Shown here in pieces: positions 9,114-16,819 of a stretch of DNA of 24,346 bases. The notes below the pieces were generated by a model. The model saw only the letters and a list, made by a program, of their open reading frames with translations, ran no database searches and had not been told where the DNA came from. The position numbers and the translations under genes were made by a program. This DNA comes from Candidatus Heimdallarchaeota archaeon. GTDB lineage: Archaea; Asgardarchaeota; Heimdallarchaeia; JABLTI01. The DNA lies in NCBI GenBank assembly GCA_019058275.1, contig JAHLVW010000071.1, forward strand, positions 1 to 24,346, written 5' to 3'. Numbering within the stretch: the first letter of the stretch is position 1; every line of letters starts with the position of its first letter.

Positions 9114-9121
9114 TATTTAAA
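9114..9121 (-). promoter_or_regulatory. TATA box of the micro-ORF
   Basis: TTTAAATA on the minus strand, about 50 nt upstream of the ATG and upstream of a GGAGGT SD. Confidence 0.5.
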
Positions 9122-9156
9122 AAGGTCTAAATCTCAAAATCGTTTGCTGGTAATTG

Positions 9157-9200
9157 AAAAAAAGAGAGAAAGAGCAACCTATTCTCTAAAAGAGAAAGGT
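9157..9200 (-). terminator. Probable terminator of the por operon
   Basis: Minus strand ACCT-TTCTCT-TTT-AGAGAA-T-AGGT hairpin, then a pyrimidine tract ending in T7, just after the porB stop. Confidence 0.45.
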
Positions 9201-9214
9201 GAATTACATTTTGT

Positions 9215-10201
9215 TTATTTCAAGTCAACTAGCTTAAGTAAGTATTCCCATTCTTGGTCAACAGCTTCTTGGAACTTGTCAATAAGGTCCTGTCGCTTCT
9301 CAGGTCGGAATAAATGTCTAAATCGTCCTTGTCCCTTCAAGTATTCCTCAATGGGTATTTTTCTTTCAGGTTTATTAGCAATAGCTTTGCTTTTTGGATT
9401 TAGAACATATTCTCTGCCATTGTAGATTTCGTAGAGTGGGAAGTAACAGGTATCAATTGCTTGTTGAGCGATTTTGACTGATAATTCTTCTGCGAATCTC
9501 CATCCTCTTGGGCAAGGCATATCAATCAATATGAATGCTGGACCATCAACATCGAGAGCTTTTCTAACTTTAGTCATCAAATCACGATGTGCTGCTGGAG
9601 AAGCAGTAGCAACATAAGGTATTTTATGTGCAGCAGCGATGGCTACAAGATCTTTTCTCCATTGGATTTTACCAGGGATGACTGATCCTGCAGGTGAAGT
9701 TGTAGTAGAGGCATACATAGGAGTTCCCCCAGAACGGTGAATGCCAGTATTCATGTAAGCGCCATTTGTATAACAAATGTAGACGAAGTCATGACCTCTT
9801 TCTAAGGCTCCACTTAAGGATTGTAAACCAATATCATATGTTCCACCGTCACCAGCGAATGCAATGATATCTGGAACTTTCTTTAGTTTGCCTTTTCTGA
9901 CCATTACTTTATAGGCTGCTTCTGCACCGCTAGCGGTTGCGGCAACATTCTCGAAAGCATTATGGAACCAAGGAACTCTCCAAGCTGTAAATGGGTAGAT
10001 AGTAGTAGCAACTTCTAAACAACCAGTTGCGTGGAAAATACAAACATCGTCTGGTTCAGTAACGAGAGTTGCTAATCGAGCGATTGTTCCAGCAGTACAA
10101 CCAGCACAAAGTCTGTGTCCGGGAGCTAATCGATCTTCTTTTCTCATCAATTCCTTTGCTTTTGGAATTCTTACTTTCTTTAATTCTTCAGTAGTAACCA
10201 T
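9215..10201 (-). CDS. porB: Pyruvate/2-ketoisovalerate:ferredoxin oxidoreductase beta subunit
   Basis: PGHRLCAGC, TGCLEV, AFENVAATASG, TPP motif GDGGTYDIG...N, YMNTG, PCPRGW; SD GGAGG. Confidence 0.95.
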   Translation of the reverse strand: MVTTEELKKVRIPKAKELMRKEDRLAPGHRLCAGCTAGTIARLATLVTEPDDVCIFHATGCLEVATTIYPFTAWRVPWFHNAFENVAATASGAEAAYKVMVRKGKLKKVPDIIAFAGDGGTYDIGLQSLSGALERGHDFVYICYTNGAYMNTGIHRSGGTPMYASTTTSPAGSVIPGKIQWRKDLVAIAAAHKIPYVATASPAAHRDLMTKVRKALDVDGPAFILIDMPCPRGWRFAEELSVKIAQQAIDTCYFPLYEIYNGREYVLNPKSKAIANKPERKIPIEEYLKGQGRFRHLFRPEKRQDLIDKFQEAVDQEWEYLLKLVDLK

Positions 10202-10214
10202 TTGTCTTTTCCTC

Positions 10215-11411
10215 CTACTTTCTCAAACCTATCCATTCGACAGGTACAGCTTTTTCTGCACCTTTGTTTTTGAGCACTTGTTTGTAGATGTACTCATAGT
10301 CTTCAACTAGGACATCTCTACCACCAATTCCAGCTATATAGCCAAAAATTTGTGGATGATCCTTATAATTGTATAAGGAGGTTTTAAGATCACTGTAGAG
10401 AGCAGGTCCTGGAGCACCGAAGGTTAGATCTCGATCAATAACTCCTACTGCATCGACATCTTTCAATGCTTTAGCAAGATCGTCAGCTGGGAATGGTCTG
10501 TAAGTTTTTACCTTAATCATTCCTACTTTCTCGCCTTCTTTTCTTAGTTTATCAACAACGAATTTAGTTGTGCCAGATAATGCACCCATAGTAATAAGAG
10601 CTGTTTCAGCATCTTCCATTTGGTATCCTTCAACACTCTTATAGTGACGACCGGTTATCTCACCAAATTCTTCAAAAGCCTTTGGAATGACTTTTCGGGC
10701 AGCATCCATAGCTAATTCTTGTTGGTATTTAACTTCCATGTAATAGTCTGGAAGTGCAAGAAGACCAGATGAAACTGGATTGCCAGGAATTGTTGGGTGT
10801 ACCATTTCACGCTCATGTAAGAAATCTTTTGCGAATTTTCTGTCTAGAGGGAAAACACCCTCAAGAGCATGAGTTAAAATAAAACCATCTAATCCAAACA
10901 TTACTGGTAATGAGACATCAGGATGTTCTCCAATTTTGAATGCTAGAAATGTATTATCATAGGCTTCTTGAGCAGATTCAGAGAACAAGGAAATCCAGCC
11001 AGTATCTCGACAAACTGTTTGATCAGTTAATTCTCCATGAATATTAATGGGTCCACTGAGTGCTCTATTTGCTACAGACATAACGATTGGTAATCTAGAG
11101 GCAGCAGCAATAAAGAGAATCTCATACATCAAAACAACACCTTGACTTGCAGATGCAGTGAAAACTCTTGCACCTGTTGCACTAGCACCAACACAAGCAC
11201 TCATAGCACTGTGTTCAGATTCAACACAAACAAACTCGGTGTCTACTTCTCCATCATGAACAAAATCACTGAAATGTTCAACGATAATTGTCTGTGGTGT
11301 TATAGGGTAAGCAGCAACGACATCAGGATTAATCACTGCAGCAGCGTTGGCAACAGCTTCGTCACCAGTCATACCAATTCTTTTACCTTTAGTAACTTTA
11401 GCTTTAGTCAT
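10215..11411 (-). CDS. porA: Pyruvate/2-ketoisovalerate:ferredoxin oxidoreductase alpha subunit
   Basis: AAYPITPQT, VESEHSAMS, TASASQG, ANRALSGPINI, DGFILTH, RPFP, GIGGRD; SD AGGTGA. Confidence 0.95.
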   Translation of the reverse strand: MTKAKVTKGKRIGMTGDEAVANAAAVINPDVVAAYPITPQTIIVEHFSDFVHDGEVDTEFVCVESEHSAMSACVGASATGARVFTASASQGVVLMYEILFIAAASRLPIVMSVANRALSGPINIHGELTDQTVCRDTGWISLFSESAQEAYDNTFLAFKIGEHPDVSLPVMFGLDGFILTHALEGVFPLDRKFAKDFLHEREMVHPTIPGNPVSSGLLALPDYYMEVKYQQELAMDAARKVIPKAFEEFGEITGRHYKSVEGYQMEDAETALITMGALSGTTKFVVDKLRKEGEKVGMIKVKTYRPFPADDLAKALKDVDAVGVIDRDLTFGAPGPALYSDLKTSLYNYKDHPQIFGYIAGIGGRDVLVEDYEYIYKQVLKNKGAEKAVPVEWIGLRK

Positions 11412-11422
11412 TTTGTGATCAC

Positions 11423-11749
11423 CTATTGTGACAAATCTTTCATTTCAATTGCATCTGAAGGGCATTCTTCAGCGCAAATTCCACAACCTTTACAATAATC
11501 AAAATCCATTACTGGAATTTCTTCTTCATCCATTGTTATAGCTGAGTCAGGACAGAGAAAGAAACAAGTTGTACATTTGGTGCATTTCTCACGGTCAACG
11601 ACTGCTTTGAATGCACTCCAGTCTCCTGTTTTAAAGAACTTTGAGGATCCAGGGTAAGGTACTGAACCACCCATTGGGAGCTTTTCATAGCCCCATTTCT
11701 GTTCTATCCATTCTTGCATTTCTTTATCATTGAGGGTATTCTTGGTCAT
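11423..11749 (-). CDS. porD: 2-oxoacid:ferredoxin oxidoreductase delta subunit (2x[4Fe-4S])
   Basis: KTGDW, CTKCTTCFFLCPD, DYCKGCGICAEECP. Confidence 0.95.
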   Translation of the reverse strand: MTKNTLNDKEMQEWIEQKWGYEKLPMGGSVPYPGSSKFFKTGDWSAFKAVVDREKCTKCTTCFFLCPDSAITMDEEEIPVMDFDYCKGCGICAEECPSDAIEMKDLSQ

Positions 11750-11751
11750 GC

Positions 11752-12315
11752 TTATTGGACCTCCTCATAAGCTCGTTTTATAGCCTTTACGTTTTTCTCA
11801 CCAATTACTCCCGGGAATCGTGCAGCAGTTGCTTCACAAACATTGTCTATTCCGACAACGTTAGTAATCTTAACTAATGCACCAAGCATTACTGTGTTAG
11901 TAATTGGTCGACCTAATTCTTCCTTAGCAATTTTGGTAGCATCAACTTTGTAAAAAGTAACTTTTTGTTTGATACCAATTTTGCTTTTCAGCTCGTCCAT
12001 AGAACCGGCAAAGTTTGCAATTACAATTCCTCCTTCTTTTAGGCCTTTACCAAGATTAACAGTTCCAATAAGTGTCGGATCAAGAATCACAATTATATCA
12101 GGATAGTGAATCTCTGTTTTGATAGTAAAAGCTTCAGGACAAATCCTAGTGAATCCTTCTATAGGAGCACCAGCTCTTTCAGGACCAAAAGCTGGAAACG
12201 CGTGGACATATTTATTTTCAACGAGGGCAGCTTCTGCAGCTATACGAGAAGCAGTTACTACTCCTTGTCCTCCACGTCCATGGAATCGAATATCTGTTAT
12301 GTTATCTCCAACCAA
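11752..12315 (-). CDS. porC: 2-oxoacid:ferredoxin oxidoreductase gamma subunit
   Basis: IRFHGRGGQGVVT, AFPAFGPERAGAP, NTVMLGA. First gene of a gamma-delta-alpha-beta operon (also called porG); TTG start. Confidence 0.95.
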   Translation of the reverse strand: MVGDNITDIRFHGRGGQGVVTASRIAAEAALVENKYVHAFPAFGPERAGAPIEGFTRICPEAFTIKTEIHYPDIIVILDPTLIGTVNLGKGLKEGGIVIANFAGSMDELKSKIGIKQKVTFYKVDATKIAKEELGRPITNTVMLGALVKITNVVGIDNVCEATAARFPGVIGEKNVKAIKRAYEEVQ

Positions 12316-12360
12316 TTTTGGTTCACACTCGAGTGTTTTTTTCTATGAGCATTTTGAATA

Positions 12361-12434
12361 ATGAAATCATCGAGATAAAGTAGTGTCCAAAAGGAAAATT
12401 CCTTCAGGACTACTATCAATGATTAATGCTTCAT
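12361..12434 (-). promoter_or_regulatory. Extended imperfect hairpin upstream of porC (candidate leader RNA structure or tauE terminator)
   Basis: Nested pairings on the minus strand: AAUCAU/AUGAUU, GAUA/UAUC, GUAG/CUAC, UCC/GGA, GAAGGA/UCCUUU. Confidence 0.4.
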
Positions 12435-12518
12435 TTCTTGCGTCTTAACAAAATCTTTCTGTTTTTTAATTTTGTTCTCCAATCGTAATTTGTAGTATAT
12501 TGATTTACAGCAGTTCAA

Positions 12519-13493
12519 TTACCAAATGCCAATAAAACCAAGTATGGTTTTAATTAAACTGAATATACCAAGTATCAATGTTACTACTCCAACAACAATC
12601 TTGAGCCATCTATTTTCCACTTTTTTAGTTAGTAGTGCTGCAAGAGGAGCTGATAACACTGCACCACTAATTAAAAACGGTGCTAACCCAAGAAAAGCCC
12701 AATTCATTGGAATACCACTAACTGTACTTTTGATTACATTTGTTAGGATATAAGCCAATGCACCTACAAAGCAAATAACACCTTCAGATAAAGATGTTGT
12801 TGCGATAGCATTTTTCCCTTCTCTTCCAGAAAGGATTTGACCTGATACAGTTAAAGGACCATATCCTCCACCAGAGATACCTTTGTTGAAACCAGCAACA
12901 GCTCCTATTGAAATGATTCTTTTAAACGAGAATTTTAATTGTTTTCTTCTGAGAGCCAAGATCAGAATTCCCATCGCAAGAACCATCACACCAATGTATA
13001 GTTTTATACCGAATTTGAAATTTGCATCATAGCTGTAAAAAGCAGTAATGATAGAAGATATAAGTGTCCCAAAAATACCAAAGATAATAAGAATAAATAT
13101 TACTTTAGTATCAGGAGTGAGTTCATTTATTCGTTCTTTCAAACTCTGTTTTTGAAGTTTAGATGTACCTCCAGCAGAAGCATACTGCGGATTAGTACTA
13201 GTGTGGGGAATCATAGGTTTAGCACTAGTATCTACTCTAGTATTCAATTGTTTATTTTGACCAAGGGTCATATTCTTAAACCAAGCATGAAATGCAGCGG
13301 AAACTAATCCAGTTACAAATTCAGACATAAGTACAGCCGGGACAATAAAAGCTGCTTCGTAACCCATTAGGAGTAAGACAGGAGTTAGCGTTGTGCCATA
13401 CCCCATACCCAGTGATGAGTCCATAAATTCACATAGAAAAGCTATAATCATTACAATAATTATTAGCCAACTTAATTCTATTGGGAATGCCAT
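12519..13493 (-). CDS. Sulfite exporter TauE/SafE family membrane protein
   Basis: DSSLGMGYGTTLTPVLL and the repeat NKGISGGGYGP; multiple TM helices; GAVLSAPLAA. Confidence 0.88.
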   Translation of the reverse strand: MAFPIELSWLIIIVMIIAFLCEFMDSSLGMGYGTTLTPVLLLMGYEAAFIVPAVLMSEFVTGLVSAAFHAWFKNMTLGQNKQLNTRVDTSAKPMIPHTSTNPQYASAGGTSKLQKQSLKERINELTPDTKVIFILIIFGIFGTLISSIITAFYSYDANFKFGIKLYIGVMVLAMGILILALRRKQLKFSFKRIISIGAVAGFNKGISGGGYGPLTVSGQILSGREGKNAIATTSLSEGVICFVGALAYILTNVIKSTVSGIPMNWAFLGLAPFLISGAVLSAPLAALLTKKVENRWLKIVVGVVTLILGIFSLIKTILGFIGIW

Positions 13494-13796
13494 TTCATTT
13501 TCCTCAAATATTAATAACTCTACTTTTCCTCATGACAATATACATCATAAGAGAAAATCAAGGAAACTTATAAAAGGAATATATATTTTGTATTTTCTAC
13601 TGTAATCGTTTTTGATAAACATAAGCAGTTTAGCTAATCAAACATGAAAGAAATTAAGGATATAATGCAATTCATATTAGAATTTCTTATTTTGAAATAT
13701 AAGAAAGTAGAATTTGCTCAAAATGAGCACCTCAAATATTGCTATTAACTAAAAATAGATATATGAAGTCTTACATGAAAATGATTGTGAATAATT

Positions 13797-15968
13797 TTGT
13801 CGACACGAGCCTCAGAAGCATTGACAAAGATAGAAGAACTAACATATAGTGGTCACTACAAAGATGCTCTATTTGATGTAAATGAAGCTATAGAGAGAAC
13901 AAAGAAGAAAGAGAAAGAATTATTCATATTTTTAATATTGAAATGTAAAATCCTTATGAGAAGAGGAAATTATATTGACTGTATAGAACTTGTTAATAAA
14001 GTACTAGAGAGTAAGAAAGTAGACTCAGATATTGAATGGAAAATTGATTTTCTGTTTCAGAAAGCTAATGCACTTAGTCAACTAGCACGTTTTGATGAAG
14101 AATTCAAAATTATTACTAATATTGAGGAATTAATAGCTGAATATGAACATGCTTCTACTAAGCTAGAGGATTGGTTAGGTTACATGCATCAACTTAAGGG
14201 GTGGTATTCAATAAATAAAACAAAATTTGATGAAGCAAATAATCACCTACAGAATAGTTTAGAGATTTTCAAACAAAGAAATGATATTGAAAAATTAGCA
14301 ACAACCTACAGATTATTAGGAAGTCTTTACTTAAGAAGAGGAGAAATTGATAAAGCACTTGAATCTTATCAGAAAAATTTGGAAATTAGAGAAGAAACGG
14401 AGAACCAACTTGAAATTGCTTATGCTTACAGAATAATTGGCAGTTTTTATACAGCTACAAGAAGTACTTCCGAAGCTTTGTCTTATTATGATAAATGTTT
14501 ACAAGCAATAGAGAAAAGCGAAAATAATCAACAAATAGGAAATATATACAACCTCTATGGACTTACCTATTATTATATGGGCAACTTGAATAAAGCATTC
14601 GAGTTCTATGAAAAGGGGTTGTTTTATTTGCAACAAGTAGGAAATAAACAACAAGTCGCCTATATTCTTTCTAATATCGGCAATGTCCAAAAATTACGAG
14701 GAAATATCGATAAGGCTCTAGAAGCATATTTACATTGTTTAGAGATATTTGATGAAGTAAACAGCATCCAAAATATAGGAGCAAAATTACTAGATATTGG
14801 TAATATTTACCTACAAAAAGGTGATTATAAAAAATCATTGTCATTTTTAAAGAAAGGATTGGAATATCGAAGGAAAACTGGGAGCTCTCTTTTCATTGCA
14901 GGAAGTTTATACAATCTAATCAAATATTGTAGTTATGTTAATAATAAGATTGAAGCTGAAAAATACCTTAATGAATTAATGGAAATTAACGAAAAGGAAG
15001 AAAGCCTGCTTATCGATTGTAAAGCAAAAGTTGCTGAAGCATTAATCTTAAAATTGGACAATCGAAGCAAGAGTAGAGTAAAAGCGGAAGAATTACTCAT
15101 TCAAGTAATAAATATGGATATTATTGATATTGATTCTTATTATGATGCAATAATTAACTTATGCGAGCTATTTGTTACTGAACTAAAGATAACTGGTAAT
15201 CAAGAAGTGCTTAAAGAGTTAAATGAAATAATTGAGAAGTTAGACAAAACTGCTCAACAGCAGAAGTCATATTGGTTACAAGCAGAAGTTCACTGGATCC
15301 GCGCAAATCTAGCATTATTAGCATGGGATATTAATGGTGCACAAAAGGCACTAACAGATGCTCAAATTATCGCAGAAGAGAAAGGATTTAATCATTTAGC
15401 AAAAAGAGTTTCACAGGAGTTTGATAAGACTCTAAATCAGATGGAATTATGGGAGCAATTGAGGAATAACAATGCTTCTGTCATTGAAAGATTAGAAATA
15501 ACACGATTAGATGAGTTGCTTAACAATCTTAAACAACAAATAATTGATCTTGATGAGCTACCAGCTGAACAACCTGTTATGTTACTTATAATAAAACAAA
15601 CTGGACAACCAGTTTATAATAAAAATTTCTTGCCTGAACAAATTATTACAGATGAATCCTTATTGAGTGGATTCATAAGTACAATTAATGCCTTTTTCAA
15701 GGAAGTTTTCGAAGCAACAGGATCAATTGAAAGAATCAAACATCAAGATCTAACTATTTTACTAAAGCCTGTGGATTCTCTACTATTTTGTTATGTCTTT
15801 AGAGGTCAATCTTATTCTGCTATTAAAAAGATAGATGAATTTGTACAAATCTTATTGAGTGAAAAGAAAGATTCATGGATCAATCTACTTGAACAAATAA
15901 AAACTACTGAGCAGATAAGTGAGAAAAATGAACTAATTTTGGAAGAAGTTATTAGTAGTATATTTTAA
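13797..15968 (+). CDS. TPR-repeat protein with C-terminal longin-like domain
   Basis: About 40-aa repeats (LATTYRLLGSLYLRRGEIDKALESYQKNLEI; VAYILSNIGNVQKLRGNIDKALEAY). C-terminal MLLIIKQTGQPVY...LLSGFISTINAF...IERIKHQDLTILL...LFCYVF fits a longin beta-beta-alpha-beta-beta-beta-alpha pattern. Confidence 0.82.
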   Translation: MSTRASEALTKIEELTYSGHYKDALFDVNEAIERTKKKEKELFIFLILKCKILMRRGNYIDCIELVNKVLESKKVDSDIEWKIDFLFQKANALSQLARFDEEFKIITNIEELIAEYEHASTKLEDWLGYMHQLKGWYSINKTKFDEANNHLQNSLEIFKQRNDIEKLATTYRLLGSLYLRRGEIDKALESYQKNLEIREETENQLEIAYAYRIIGSFYTATRSTSEALSYYDKCLQAIEKSENNQQIGNIYNLYGLTYYYMGNLNKAFEFYEKGLFYLQQVGNKQQVAYILSNIGNVQKLRGNIDKALEAYLHCLEIFDEVNSIQNIGAKLLDIGNIYLQKGDYKKSLSFLKKGLEYRRKTGSSLFIAGSLYNLIKYCSYVNNKIEAEKYLNELMEINEKEESLLIDCKAKVAEALILKLDNRSKSRVKAEELLIQVINMDIIDIDSYYDAIINLCELFVTELKITGNQEVLKELNEIIEKLDKTAQQQKSYWLQAEVHWIRANLALLAWDINGAQKALTDAQIIAEEKGFNHLAKRVSQEFDKTLNQMELWEQLRNNNASVIERLEITRLDELLNNLKQQIIDLDELPAEQPVMLLIIKQTGQPVYNKNFLPEQIITDESLLSGFISTINAFFKEVFEATGSIERIKHQDLTILLKPVDSLLFCYVFRGQSYSAIKKIDEFVQILLSEKKDSWINLLEQIKTTEQISEKNELILEEVISSIF

Positions 15969-16251
15969 ACTCTAGAAATATACTATTAAAAATAATAAAT
16001 GCAAGAAGAATTTGTTAGTTAGTAGGAAACAATTTGCTAGTGCTACTGAATAATCTACTATAATGCTTTTAATTAACGAAACCAACATATTTTTGTCGCT
16101 TTGACTACTTTTGAAAGGTGACTTACTATTGACTTGCAAAGAAATCAGTTTGAACACTGTTCCAAATGGAAAAATACTACTTAAGTATCTGTCGATGTGC
16201 AATGATACATAGAAGTTAGTTAAGATTAAGACAAACAGGAGAAAAAACTAA

Positions 16252-16788
16252 ATGGCATTTTTAGAGAAGTTGTTAGGAAAGAAAAAACATGTAATGATAA
16301 CAATTTGTAGGTTAGATAATACCGAAAAGACATCTGTGATAGACTATTTAGTACATGGTGAACATAGACAAACAATTCCTACAATAGGCGTTAATGTTAA
16401 CACAATCAACTTACCTAAACTTGATCTAAACATCTAAGATCTTGGAGGACAAAAGAACTTCCGCGTACTTTGGTCTGAGATTAATGAACGATCAGATGCT
16501 ATAGTTTACATTATTGACAGCACTGATTACAAAAGATTCGATGAATCAAAAGATATCTTTCATCAGATAGTTAACAGTCAAATAGAAGAAGATATCCCTG
16601 TAATAGTCCTTTTGAATAAATGTGACCTTCCAAACAGAATATCTCGAGCAGATTTCATTTACCATTTTGGATTGCTAGAATTACAAGAAGATGTTTCTTG
16701 GTCTTGCTACGAAGTTTCCGCAGTAATAGGCGTAGGAATAGTAGATGCATTTACTCAATTTATCCATCAATTAGAAGATAAAGCTTAA
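16252..16788 (+). pseudogene. Arf/Sar-related small GTPase, disrupted (in-frame TAA at 16435-16437, degenerate P-loop)
   Basis: Reading through the stop gives 178 codons: MAFLEKLLGKKK...CRLDNTEKTS...TIPTIGVN...NI*DLGGQ...W...AIVYIIDSTD..RF...VLLNKCDL...W...EVSAVIGVGI...EDKA*. It has Arf-type motifs and an N-terminal amphipathic helix; SD AGGAG. Confidence 0.9.
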
Positions 16789-16819
16789 AAAAAGAAAACT
16801 TTGTTTTCCTCGTTTTATT

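Noticed and set aside
9144-9425. Plus-strand 93-aa ORF and the other short ORFs antisense to or nested in real genes (570-773, 3600-3851, 4005-4382, 5582-5824, 6552-7051, 11142-11498, 12106-12361, 12526-12753, 13393-13605, 14499-14690, 20340-20573, 21313-21546, 22167-22599, 23184-23432)
   Set aside because: They overlap well-supported genes and show no motifs or translation signals.
9730-9790. PorB YTNGAYMNTGIHRS instead of the common YDNEAYMNTGIQRS
   Set aside because: The GDG...N TPP motif, the MNTG Asn and all Fe-S cysteines are retained; there is not enough to claim altered function or to decide pyruvate vs ketoisovalerate specificity.
12361-12434. TPP riboswitch or SECIS identity for the por-leader hairpin
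   Set aside because: It lacks the TPP aptamer consensus segments and the SECIS core geometry; kept only as an unassigned structure.
15972-16202. Minus-strand 76-aa ORF between the TPR gene and the Arf-like gene
   Set aside because: No recognisable motif or RBS; more likely the AT-rich intergenic/promoter region.
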